Shown here: in pieces, positions 51,929-64,000 of the stretch | Position numbering within the stretch: position 1 is the first letter of the stretch | How the letters are laid out: every line of letters starts with the position of its first letter | From: Takakia lepidozioides | Taxonomy: Eukaryota > Plantae > Bryophyta | Assembly (NCBI GenBank): GCA_030704615.1 | Contig: CM060734.1 | Location: 28,272,001-28,336,000, forward strand | Direction of reading: 5' to 3' | Length of the DNA stretch: 64,000 bases | The notes under the pieces: model-generated | What the model was told of the DNA's origin: nothing | Database searches by the model: none | What the model saw: the letters and a program-made list of their open reading frames with translations, nothing else | Made by a program: the position numbers and the translations under genes

Positions 51929-54900
51929 ATGAGGAAGGCGAGACGGGAACTTAGAATGGGAGAAGAAACATTCGGCGTAGAGGAAGACGAAGGGCAAAAC
52001 AGGATTCTGCAACCGCAGTGTGGAGAGGAAGGTCTTGAAGTGATCCCGGAGGCGACCGATGAGCAACCTCCAATAGAAGGGGGGGAGGACGAGGAAGTGA
52101 GCTGGGCTCGGGAGGAAGCACAGCGAGTAGAGAAACAGGTCTTCAAAGAGCAGGGAGAACAAACGGACGCGGAAACGATGCCGTCTGCCCTTGTTTCGCA
52201 CCATCGGGACCTCCTTGGAAGCATGCTACCTCCAGACGAAATGGAAAGATTGAATGCGTCAGGAGCATCATCAAGTGCAAAGAAGAAACCGGAGGTGGCT
52301 ATGAACTCTCTTTCTCTCTCTCTGATTCTTTCTGGTTCTTGCTAAGCATTGAGGTCGACATCAACCTTGCGTCAATGCAAGGTTGAAGTCGACCTCCCAA
52401 GTGTATATATTGGGCATCAAAACAGTGCAAATGCTGTTCTACAATCAAGCTAGACAGACATGGATGCTTGCGACGCATCATCAAGTTCGAAGAAGAAGAA
52501 GAGACAGCAATCTCCTTTTCCTGTAGCTTTTGTGTTTGTTCAACACCGATCCGAGAGCTCGCAATCAACCTTGCGTCAACGCAAGGTTGATGCCTACCTC
52601 CATGGTGTATGATAGAACTTCTAGTGAAATGAACAGATGCCGCACATGAATCAACATTGCGTTGACGCAAGGCTGGTTTTGATGATTTTTTTGTTCAATG
52701 GAGGCGTCCGATCTCTCATATCCTGAAATGTAAGGTAGGGAAAGTTGATTAGTTGAAGCTCCCAAAAGAACCCTGCGTCAACGCAAAGCATTTTTTTGCT
52801 TGAAAAGTCTTTCCTGTATGCTTTTCAGTCTAAACTACATCCCCATCAATCAACCTTGCGTCAAAGCAATGTTGATCCATGGGTGCTCAATCTGTCACTC
52901 ACAGATAATTCATTTTGTGCAGAGGAAAAGAAAAAGGAAATCCGAGGGGGAAGATTTGGCCGCGTCAGAAGGTGAAGGTGAGGAAGATGCATTGGAGGGA
53001 AACTATGAAGACAAGGCCGAGGAGATAATTGGTGGGCAAAAAGTGAACTCGTCGAAGGTGATTCTGTCGATGGAGGTTTCGGGCGGAAACCTGGTCATTC
53101 CGCTATGCAGGATGATCTCCATGCCCGCTGTTCGACCGCTAGGCCCAGGTAAAACCACCTGCAGGAGTATGTGTACACCTTCTACATGATCCGGTCAATG
53201 CACACTACTCGTGTTAGATGGTATCCTGTAGCTGATGCCTTGTATTAGTTTTAGACACTCTTAGGCTCATATGCCTTCATACGGCTTTGAGGAATGATAT
53301 AACGAAGTTGAAGAACGACTTTGTTCACGGCTATGTCAAGGGATCAGCAGTATTCTACGTATCCACTATGAACACGAAAGGAGAGGAGTGTCTTGTAACA
53401 GAGGACATTGAGCAAGGTTGGGATGCATGCTGGCGGGATGTAAACAGGGAGTTCGAGTTCAAGCTGTCCAAAAAGGCCTCCACAAAAGCATTCATGGGAA
53501 AGATGTTTTTTGTCTGGGATGGGAACCACAGACTGCTTGCCTGGATGGATTACATTTCAAGCTTGCACTCGGACGACATCGAATGGCAATGGAGCGTGGT
53601 TTCCATGGTTCTCGATCACAAAGGACGTGTCACGCAGCTCTTGACAGCCATGCACGACATAAACAAGTAAGTTTCCAACTTTGTGTCTGTTACTTGTTTC
53701 GACAATTTGAAATCATCTTATGAGTTGAAGGTTTTTCCAGGTCCAATGAAACATCACATGTGACGACCAATCTGTGCCACACTCTATTCCGCATCCAGAA
53801 GGTAGGGCTGATGCCACTGGAGTCATTCACGAACGTGCTCAGTCCTCAGCAGATGAAGAGGTGTGCTGAGAAGAAGACAAGCACATGGTACAGCTTGACA
53901 AGGGAGGCTTTTCTTGAGTACATGTACACTGTAAGTTTTTTGACACCTTTTGCCTGTTAATACTGCAAATTTTGTGATGAAATTGCAGTATTTGATTCTT
54001 TTTACCTGTTATGTATGCAGCAATAAATAGCAGAAACTGGATTGAAGGCGAAAGCAGAGTATATGATTCCCACACAGAAGAGCACGGTCTGCAACTGGGC
54101 TTGAGGACATGATGAAGTTCGAGATGAAAAATCAAAGGAAGAACCTCATGAGTGCAATCGACAAACAGATCCGGATAGCAGACCCAGGTCTTGGCACGGA
54201 ATTTCTGGAACAGGTGAAAGCACACTATGATAAGTATGGCTCCAAGCCAGAAATGACTCAAGAGAAACTACATCGCCTTTCCATTTCAATGGTGGACAAT
54301 GCAACCAAAATCAGGTGGTTGGAGATATGGAATTCGGATCCTCTTGAGAGACACGAACATGTTCCCAACTCCAGAGAGGGACCCGAAGACACAAGCAATA
54401 AGAGTTGTTAGCGACCACACATTCGACCAGTGGCTACACAAAGCCACATTCTGGAGCCAGGTAAGGTTTGAACCAAACCATTTTCAGACATTTTTGATGC
54501 TCCGTAACCTCTCGAAAATTCTTACGAGCTTTCTTGTTGCAGTTAGAAAAACGTGCAGTGGCTGCACTTGCTGAGTCGATGGCAGACTACAAAATCCAGA
54601 TGGCTTGCCCCCGGATCACACTGGAGGCCTATATCAGGAGATGGAAGCTCGCTGTCTGGAACAATGCTTCTTCAGGGAGTTTGAGAAAGAGAAAGGAATC
54701 TCCAGGTCTTACGAATTCAAAAACCAGTACAACAGCGAGCAAGCAATGAAGCGAGTGTTGTACAGGTGTGACCTCCTTGAATCAAAATTGGTGCTTGAAG
54801 GGCATGTTTCTGCAATCTTGTGTCGTTCTTTCCATAAGGAATTGCGAATTTGCAGTGCTTTGCGAGATCTCTGAGGGCTCTGCATGTGCAGTCGAGCAAC

Positions 54901-57567
54901 ATTGCGTTAACGCAATGTTGTTTCCCATTGTCCTGGTTTCACTTACCTATACCTGGGTATCCCATAATGCCGTTTTTCTGAATGTGAAAGGGATAAACTG
55001 ACTGGAAAATCAGCCTTGCGTCAACGCAAGGTTGATGAAGTGTCAGGCTATGTAGCTTTTCCTGTGGTTTTGGGCAGTTCAAATCCAGTTCCAATGCTGC
55101 CAAGATGAACATAAGTCTGTTTTGAGTCGGTTTGAAATGCTATTTTCAACTTTAACTGTACCAACAAACAGACTTGCGTTGACGCAAGGTTGTTTGGCGG
55201 TATGGATTGCTGGAAATTTCCCGTAGCCATCCACCTATTTCAATACAATTGTAGGAAACTTATGATTATCAGATACCATTGACATGTGTTTCAACACTCT
55301 CAACCCTAAAACAACCTTGCGTTGAAGCAATGTTGAATTGCGCTTCTCATTCGTTGTCTCTATCAATACAACATTATCATTTGGTGTTCCCCATTTCTGC
55401 TAGAATGAACATTGCGTCAACGCAAGGTTAATTCGGGATTTCAAAAGTAGAATTCTCAGTGTTGCATTCCTGCATTTCAATATCTTTTTCCGGATGTGTG
55501 TTCTCTTTCGTTTTCTGATCGAATGACTGTCTGGGTTTTTTGTATGTGATTCAGGTATATGTATCATATCCTCATACCGGGAAAGTACCTTAGCGATGAC
55601 CCAGACTTCATCTATTCATGGGCTGACCCCTCCAATGACAAGACAATGTACACGGTTGGTATTGCCAAAGACTGGAGCAGGGCGCACTTCCGAGACTGTG
55701 GGTGGTACCTCAACCTGCCAAAACAGGACACCCCATTCGATGAAGTTGTTTTGAGAAACCTGAACGACAATGCCGCAGCGATTGCCCCATTGGCTGAGAA
55801 AGACATCCAGGACAGAATCATTTCGGCTCTGGCTGCAAAAGAGCCCGAGAAAACTGCTACTCCAAAACGAAAGGGGAAGGTTGTCGGGGATCCGAAGGGG
55901 AAGGGGAAAAGTGCAGCTCCGCAAGGACAGGGACCGTCAGAGGTTCCTGAAAGACAGCCTTCTCCCGCAAGGAGGGATAGGAGAACTTCAAAGTCCAGGG
56001 AGCAAGTTTTCGAGGCGAGAGAACATCCCTCCAGGGTTTTGGGCCAGTTCAATCGTAAGGTGCTGAATGAAAGTTTTCTTTCAATGATGGAGTCGAGGAA
56101 GTCCACATTCAAAGGGGTGCCCTCGAAATCGTGGGACATGCTTGTTTCGTTCCTCACTCAGGTGAAAACTTATGTCTAAACTGTTGTATGAATAATTGTG
56201 TTTGGCAGCTTGTTGTGGCTTGTCCAGGGGATTGATCTCCTGTTAGATTTGGATTGGGCTTCTTACACTGTCTCATGTTTTTGGCTGTAGGTCACAAAAA
56301 GTCCGGAATGTGTGAATGGAGTTCAACAGGCATACGCGACTGACCTTGTGGTGCTGGACATTCCTGACGGTTTTCCTGTCCCTGATGTGTTTCCTTCCAA
56401 TTCGACCCCGACTTGGAACAAATCGGATTCTCGTTACTGGCAGTGGGCTTTCTCGTTCAGCAACAAGTTCCTTTCGGACTCGGGGGCTCTTCTTCTCATG
56501 CAGTCAAAGGACATGTCGGCTCGAAGAACTCTTTTCAGCTACATGAAAGCTTCCGGGTTTCGTGTCATCAAAACTTGGACATGCATCAATACTCTGCCTC
56601 TTACGAAGGGCGAGTTCCCGGGGCAGAAAGTGAGTTGGTTCCTTTCAATTGATGTTTCGTGGTTTTCCGGTAAATCAAAATGGTGGGTTATGTCTTCTGT
56701 CTCATTCTGTCTTCGTGATTAATGACAGACACGAGTGTTCGAAGCTTTGTGCCTGGTGAGGCGGACGGACACTCTTCCTGCTGGTGTTGCTGAGTTTCAG
56801 TTGAGGGACCTTGCAGCTCACATTGACCCCACCTGCGAGCCTGTGGAGGATGATGTTATCTTCAATTACGTCGACTCGGGTCGGACTATGAAAAGGTCGA
56901 ATGGTGTCCCTTGGAGAGGTGCACGGGAGAAATCTCCAGCTTTCATGCAGACTTTGGTGGAGACATGCAGCCGTCATGGTGGACGAGTGGTTGACTTGTC
57001 TATGGGCACAGGTGGGGCCCTTCACATTGTGTTTGACATATGGGCAGTGACCTTAGGGAAACCCTGTTTTTATTTCTCGTTCTTCTTGGATTTGCAGGAG
57101 CATGTTTTCATGCTTGCAAGAGCGCCGGAAGGCACTTCTTCGGCATGGAAGCTGATACGGAGCTCTTCTCAAGCGAGCTTCGTCAGCTTGAGTCGGGCAC
57201 TACTTCTGCCCCATCCACAGAGGGACTTCTAGAGGAGCCCGAAGCGCCTGACGAGGATCTGGACGTGGACTCCGATTTTGAGTGTGAGTAAGTTCTTGTG
57301 TAGTCGTGCAAAATATGTTGCATTTCCTTGTGTCGTTCCCATTCGAGAAATAGTGGCTTTCGTTGTCTATATCTGGATGTTAACATCTACCACCATTCCT
57401 CTTCTTGCTTTGCAGAGTTCAGCACCAGTCATCGAATCAGCAGACGCCTTTCGGTTTCCAAGGATACTACATGTCCCCGAGCCCCCCTAGATCCAACCGC
57501 TTGCCGGTTTACGCGGAAGCTTGCGCACGGTATTATCCGAACAAACACTGTACTCGCATCTCCATGA
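51929..57567 (+). pseudogene. Multi-exon gene: ParB/Srx-like domain fused to a beta-class N4C/N6A DNA methyltransferase-like domain
   Basis: VRP..DITKLKNDF..VWDGNHRLLAW (53100-53666); DLVVLDIPDG (56342-56371); REKSPAFMQTLVETCSRHGGRVVDLSMGTG|ACFHACKSAGRHFFGMEAD (56925-57156). About 11 GT-AG exons; several frameshifts; start codon uncertain. Confidence 0.75.
52362..55430. repeat. Ten copies of 24-bp palindrome CAACMTTGCGTYRACGCAAKGTTG in two introns
   Basis: 52362, 52566, 52652, ~52769, 52851; 54897, 55011, ~55170, 55312, ~55407. Confidence 0.9.
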
Positions 57568-58689
57568 AGGTCGAGGAAAAAAAAAACGTCATGGATGTGC
57601 TGCTGTATTCATAGATGATATTGCTGTACACTCTGGAAGTGGTTCCTCTGAAACCTCCAATATTTCTTTAGGTTCAAGTACCGAGGCTCAATAAATTGTA
57701 TTTTGGTTTTGCTTCCATCTCCAAACTATTTTTCAAGTTCTTTGCGCATTCCCGTAAGTACAGTTGGGGATTGCCTAAAATAGGTCTTCGGATTGCGGAA
57801 TTGAAAAATGATTGTGTGTTGGAATGAATGTACTGCTTTGCCCAAAAAAAATGTTTGCTTTTAATATTCAGTTCTCTAGTGGACGATCTCCTCATTCCAA
57901 AGTCATGACCTCAATCATAATTCATCCGCAAACCTGCCATTGTTCTCGGCCACAAAGAATATTCATGTGGGGGCCTTGAAGAGGGATAAAAAATTAGGAC
58001 ATAGGCGACAGCTGATCCGCGGTAATAGGGGGGGTAAGCACGGAATTACGGCCTGAACACGTGGAAGCTTGCTGATGTGGCGTGAGCCTAGCCAGGCTCA
58101 CGCGGCCAGGCTCACGCGCAAGCATTCCCCCTTTCCAACCAAGTTCATATTGTGGACCAGGTACATAAAGTGGGTAAAGGAGGCCTTTCCATCAGGAGGT
58201 GCACAGTTTGAGCTGCTGCCATTGTTGGAGGCATGCATGCACACACACCTTTCAAGCATATGAACGCTACAAATCTGATGTGCGGTATCTGCGACTTTGG
58301 GTGCAATATGTGAGTTCTTTCTCAAACTATCATTTCCTCTTCCCCCCTAAGTTTGGTCAATTTCAACGTGGACCGGAGTTCTCTTTGAAAAGCTATAGCA
58401 AGTGGCCTTCTTTGGAATCATTCAGTTAGCCACAACAGTCTTGAATATAGTCTAGTCTGATGCCAGAAATGACTGTAAATTTCTGCATCATTGTATATCC
58501 TGATCAAAATATGACTCATATAATATGAGATAGAGGACAACTTAACAAGGGGGCAGCGAGGCTTCTAGCTACATAGATATTAGCACTTTTGTCCTCTAAT
58601 CCAGCCTTTAGTGAATTTCACTGCATATCTATGTTGTCATGCAGACAAATTGTTGTACGGATCCAAGGGACATCTTTTTAGACTCATCC

Positions 58690-59260
58690 CTAATTTGCAT
58701 GTTGAATTCTGCACTTAGCTCGTTGGGTGGATAGTAGAGACGAGGAGAAGTTTTGGGATGGATATTTTTCCGACCCCAGTCAATGGTGGGACAATCGAGG
58801 CAAAATGATGAATGGTTGTTGGATTGCAGAGAACAACAATAACATCGTGGACAGCTATCTGCAAGGAAGCTCAAAGGCAGAAACCAATTTGGTTTGCAGA
58901 GATAAGTTCAACTACTAGTAAAAGACTGGAGCAATTGTATTGGCCCACATCCTGCTCGTCTCTCATTACCCTCCCCTTTTTTACCCACCTTTTGTTCTCG
59001 AACAAATCTAGGATGTCATTGTTAGCTGCTAGCAGCAAGACAAGGATGTATGCATGAATTGTTCAGAGGCAGGGATAGAGTGTGGGTCCAGATCATCCAA
59101 GGAAGGGGGGATGTCAAACAGCTATAGAGTGTGGGTCCAAATTTATCCAAGAGGCTGGATACCACAAGATTACTTATGATTCCCTGTGGATCTATAGGTA
59201 CAAGAAAGTTGCATGGGTAGATGGTCAACTAGAAGCAGCTCAGCGGCATAAGCATAGTTG
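58690..59260 (+). pseudogene. Second OSB-like PDF-motif fragment, inverted homologue of 7540-8060
   Basis: RDEEKFWDGYFSDPSQWWDNRGK; nucleotide blocks match the reverse complement of 7570-7950. Confidence 0.6.
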
Positions 59261-59589
59261 ATAAAATCTGCAGATACCATGACCATGACCACAGCATCTA
59301 AAGGATGATCAAGGGAGGGAATCCACAATGCCTCTTTTGGGACTTCTAGGCATGTGAAGATGCTTTGAGAGGCAGGTAGCATGATTGAGGCTCTACAGAT
59401 TTTAAAGAGTCAAACTTCATAATCGGCGTGCCAATGAAGGCAGTCGGTCAGTTTCAGCTATAAGTAAGACTTTCGGTTTTCCTTTCAAAGTATATTATGT
59501 TTACAGTGCTATAGTACTCTCTAACTTTTTCATATGCAATTCATGAGGATTCATTGCTCGGCATTGCTGACTGTGGGTATCGGATTGCA

Positions 59590-59851
59590 GTTCCAGGTTG
59601 GTGAGAAATTGATTATGTTCGACCCTTGTGCGCCAAAACGCAAGGCAGGCGTGGGACACATTGTTGAATGCATCAATGATGAGTGGCTAGGGAACAGTGT
59701 GCTAGACGGATACTATGTTGTGGACGTGACTGGGGTTCATGCAGGAGATGTTCCATTGCCATACCCCAACCACGAAGTGACTCCTCCACACTTGAAGCTC
59801 AGTGACACTTTGAAAAGTAGCACTCAGTGGTCTGCAAAATTCCTTAGGTAA
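59590..59851 (+). pseudogene. Possible En/Spm Tnp1-like (transposase-associated) C-terminal domain exon
   Basis: AGVGHIV..YYVVDVTGV..VPLPYP..LSDTL..TQW resembles that domain; judged by eye only. Confidence 0.4.
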
Positions 59852-60546
59852 TTGCATAGTATGGTTGTCTCTAGGATTTCACCTTTTGCGGCTTCTCTTG
59901 AATGACTCTACTTTCAGTAGCAGATTCAATCCGCCCTGGGTTTCTGGTTGTGCCCTTTTGACAATATGGCAATGAAAATCTTATTTTTGAATTCGCCGAG
60001 CCTGTTAGCTTACACCTGTGCATGCAAGTGTTGTTTTGCTTTGGCTACTGTGGGTGTGTATATTGTGTATGTATTCAAGCATATATATCTGTATGTATAT
60101 TTGGGCTATATTTATGTATATATAATTCAAAAATACTTGCATGGTTAATGTCAATTGTATCACACCTCCCAACATGTATACAATGTCACATAAACGTCGA
60201 ATACATGACAGCATATTTTACAGACAAATTGTGAATAGTTTCACACTACATGACTCCTAAGATGTAATATCGTCCACATTGATGTGGAACATCAACCGCA
60301 CGTGTCATGCTTCAATCAGGACACCCGCTCAACTCTGCCGCTTGACACGCGTCAAATTACGTGGCAATCACACGTGGGAATCAGTGTCGTCAGAGTGTGG
60401 TATGGCTTATCCCACACCTGGCCATGTCAGTGGCCATGTCACATGTGAGAAATGCATATGGCTTTTATCACAACGCCATTTTGAAGCTATGTGGAACCAC
60501 ACAGGGAGGAATCAAACAGGGTTGTGTTATGTTTGTGTTATGTGTA

Positions 60547-61317
60547 TGTCGTGCACCTAAGCATCGTGCCACAATATACATCACTGTCCAAACACACTTC
60601 CTAGCATATAATCCTAGAAAGCTATGCCACAATCGCCCCCCTAGCTGGTGATTAGGTCCCTCTAACACCGGATAGCTGACAAGTATCCATCCTAAGAAGA
60701 TCATAGCTTGGTCTTCAACCGCACAAGTCCCAATATCCAAAGTCGATAGATCAAGAGGCCGCGTTCAAAAGTAGCCCCATCATTAGTCATTTTCCTGCAA
60801 TCCATGGCTTTCAGTTGGGTGTCCATGGCATTGAACTCCCTCTAGCCAGATCTTGGATCACTTGTCAATCTCACCATTGTCATGCCCACTACCTCTGTCC
60901 AAGGCATCGTGGACACAACTATTCTCCGCTAGGAACCTCCTCAAGTGGCGGTGTTAAGCATCCCATGTGCCACCCCTTTGAGCATTTGTCACACACCAAC
61001 ATGGTTGTGGCACCACCAGCATGGCCACATAGCATGCAACGCAACCCTGCAGGTACGACTGCAAGGTTGGGATCTATCCTCCCATCTACACGTGGAAGGT
61101 GACATGGCGCACAATTGCACACATGGTCCTTCCATACCATGCCATCTCAACCCTCCAAAATCAACACTCCTGAAGGCAACACCTCCCTGACCCTTAGAAT
61201 CACACGTCCTGTTGTGACATCCAAGGTCGTAGGCGCTGTCAGCTGTAGATACACATAGTCCCCAGGGTGGAAACGTCGAACCTCTGGCCGATACCCTCCT
61301 CCATGTATAGTGGCATA
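60547..61317 (-). mobile_element. 3' end of DNMT-Gypsy copy 2 (integrase tail, PHD, PPT, repeat B)
   Basis: YATIHGGGYRP..; CMLCGH..CDKC..WHMGC; same 3' end as 11598-12350. Confidence 0.88.
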
Positions 61318-64000
61318 TGTCGTGCACCTAAGCATCATGCCACAACATACATCGCTATCCAACCACACTTCCTAGCATATAGTCCTAGAAAGCCACGCCA
61401 CAATGATATGGAAATGGTGAAAAGAGGTGAACCCACTCTATCACGTTATATAAGTCAAGCCAATGGCACCTTTGCTAAAGGACTCCACCATACAGACCCC
61501 ACCCACTCTCCATCTCAAGTACTAGAGTTATGGCGGCGAGAGAGGCCTCGCAAGAGCGCAGGACCCTCAACATCTCCCAAAACAGGCGTGACCTTGAGTC
61601 TTGTAACCCATTGCCATACCCAGCTGATGAAAGCCCTTGGCAGGGCCAACCTGCCACTACTAAGTGAATAGGACCAACCCGCTCCAAATTATGCGCCCCC
61701 AGCAAGGAGATGTCTGCTGGCAAGGCTTGTTGGTATCCACGAACTGCAGACACTGGCAACAAATCAGGGTACTGCTGCACCAACTGAGCAACATGGCGCA
61801 GTGAGACGCGTCGTGCAGTCTCCTCCCTCTCCACATATAGGTAACGTCGAACTCGTACACCTGCCTGCAACACTGCAGCCAATCCAGTGTTGATCCCGCC
61901 AAACAAGTCCAGAAGGTATATGCCTTCATCCGGGCACTGCCACACAAGAGGTGTGGTGTCCAATGGCGACAACTGAGGTGATCCTGGTGCAATCACCGCA
62001 CTCTCCTCCTCTCTTGACGGTACGAGGGCCTCTACCCAAGCTTGTTGCACCTGTCTATCAACAGCCTGCTGCAAATCCTTGCTCGTACCCCACAATGGAG
62101 TGTGAGCAACCATGGCAGACAACTCTGCCGTACCATGCATGTCATCTTGCTCTGCTGGAGGTGGCACATCCTCTACATGGGCATTGCCATCCAGCAACTC
62201 TCCAGGCCAACTAACTGCAGCTGTGAAGGCTGCTAGTGTTGGCATCTTGCCCCGTTGGGCAGCAGCAACACCCCCAATGAACGTCACAAGGAGCTGTACA
62301 TGACGACCATCCCCTGACTGCCATCCAGGCCTGTAGGATGCTGACTCCTCCCAAAAATCCAGGGTGAAGCCCATGGGATACAACACTGCCCCACCAACGA
62401 GGACATCGTAAGAGACCGCATCTGTCACAATGGCCTTGGCTCGCATCACTGAGCCATCTATAGGATGATCCGGCTGTAGTCTAATGGCCAACTCATGCCG
62501 TGTCATGCCCCGAACTTGCTCTGATCCTCCCAGAGATGTTTGTATCTGGAAAGGACAAGGCTCCATATCCGCCTCCATGAGGCCCAAACCTGCAATAGCA
62601 GCTCTGCCCAACATCAGTGGCTGAGCTCCTGAGTCCAACAAGACCCGCAGTGGCCGGTACCTCTTGCCTGCCGGTCCACTCAAAGAGCAAATGTCATCCT
62701 GGTTGTCTAACAAGATAACTTCAAGTGTCACCATGGCGCGCTCAAAGGCTGGCCTAGCTGGCAGCTCTGTCAACCTGGCAGCTGCAGCTTGCCATGGCGC
62801 AGCGGTGGCAGTCTTGACCCTCAAATCCGAGGATCCATCTGCCACTACATCTTCCAGTAACTCCGCAGAAGATGAAGTGGCCTCCCTACTCTCACAGAGT
62901 GTTGCTGCTAGTCTGAACACTGCAGCTGGTCTTACCCCTGGCGTCGCAATCATGGTTGCCGAGAATAGTGGGGCCTGACACACAGAGGTGGCTGCCCCCA
63001 ACAACACACTGGCTGCACTAGCATTGGCAGCAGGTGTCAGTGCTGCACGTGTAGCTCTTCCCAATGGCACAATAATCTCCGCCTCGGTATCCGTGGGGCG
63101 AGAATTAGGTGCCATGGATGTCGTCGACACTGTCTCTGCCAAGATGAATGATTGAGGCAACCTAGCCTGACGACTTGCCTCCCCACGTGTGAGTCCAACT
63201 CCACCTCTGCACCTCGTGGCTCTGGAACTCGTGCTGCTCCTCGAGTGACGGCTGCAGCAGACTCCACCTGCACTAGTGATAGTGCTGTCCCACACATAAA
63301 TCCCATGCCTCCCATGTCTCCTCCGTCAGGATGACACTGCTGAGGAGGAACAGGAGGTGGACCCTCAGGTCTTGGAGCTGGTACCACCTGAGCTGTGGCC
63401 ATGGCAGCAAGCCTTTGCTCTAGCTGCTGAAGCCGGTTGGCCATACCTTGGTCAATGCCCTGACCTCCACGTCCTTGGCCATACTGTGCTTGCCCTCGTC
63501 CTGCATCTCGTGGCTGAGCACCTCGTCCTCTTTGAGGTGCTCCACCTCGCCCTCGGCCACCATTGTTCCCTTGGAATTGGCCTCGTCGCAACTCAGGGTG
63601 CAAGTCATAACACTGCGCATCTCCATGCCCATACTTGCCACAATGCCCACACTGCAACTGTGCAGGTTATGCTTGTGCCGGCCCTTTGCCACTTTCTGGG
63701 CAATCTTTCTTGACATGGGGTCCTCCACATGTCCAACATACCACCCTTGGTTGCTGTTGGCCTGCAAAAGAAGCTACTGGCCTCTACACCTGAGGTCCCC
63801 TGTAAGCTCCATGAAATTTAGGTTGGGCAACCTTGCCCCCCTGACCACATTGTTGGGCAGTCCCTTGTACCTGTTGGCTGGCAGCTGCGCCTCATGAAGG
63901 TATGTCCTTGCCAAATCCAATGGTAACAACTCGCTCCTCCACCATGTTGAGCTCAATCCGCTCAGCCAGCAGAAACACATCTGCTAATGTGGGTTGGGCT
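61318..64000 (-). mobile_element. DNMT-Gypsy copy 3, internally deleted, runs off the window
   Basis: ORF 61475..63295 has LLDSGAQP, LDLFGG and AGWPCQG, then breaks at ~61555 into A-like sequence and repeat B; gag continues to 64000. Confidence 0.88.

Larger units (their letters stand above)
47032..58130. mobile_element. Element B: near-complete non-TIR Mutator-like element with divergent transposase and ParB-MTase genes
   Basis: Left terminus shared with A; subterminal GCGTGAGCC/GGCTCACGC repeats at 47050-47160 and 58079-58118; two divergent multi-exon genes. Right boundary is approximate. Confidence 0.8.

Noticed and set aside
51929-57567. Bacterial or phage contamination explaining the ParB/MTase motifs
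   Set aside because: The gene has many GT-AG introns conserved in a second copy and is interleaved with plant TEs.
47032-58130. Helitron or Replitron
   Set aside because: No HUH or helicase motifs seen; the transposase has MULE-type D, CxxH, E and SWIM signatures.
1-64000. tRNA or rRNA genes
   Set aside because: None recognised; only a tRNA-iMet primer binding site.

Overview
Eukaryotic, land-plant-like genomic DNA: spliceosomal introns, a plant MED26/TFIIS-N gene and OSB PDF-motif fragments. It is almost entirely nested transposons around one intact host gene (38996-43823, minus). The most unusual object is a Mutator-like DNA transposon family with no long TIRs, present as two clear members (A 9680-35289, split by an 18.6-kb insertion; B 47032-~58130) and a probable third remnant (C 239-3319). 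B carries a GCM-like/MULE-DDE/SWIM transposase and, divergently, an intron-rich gene with a ParB/Srx-type DGNHR domain at the N-terminus and a prokaryote-type beta-class amino (N4C/N6A) DNA methyltransferase-like domain at the C-terminus. The same two introns of that gene hold many 24-bp palindromes whose sequence differs between A and B, which resembles a ParB/parS or VANDAL/VANC self-recognition system. The window also contains Ty3/Gypsy elements with a C5 cytosine methyltransferase between protease and RT, a PHD finger and split-direct-repeat-like ends. Other elements are a full-length chromovirus, an RNase H + RLE LINE with a chromodomain, hAT, Harbinger and copia remnants, and two adjacent Tourist MITEs. 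All TE reading frames examined carry stops or frameshifts. Domain calls come from motif recognition by eye; no database search was run.
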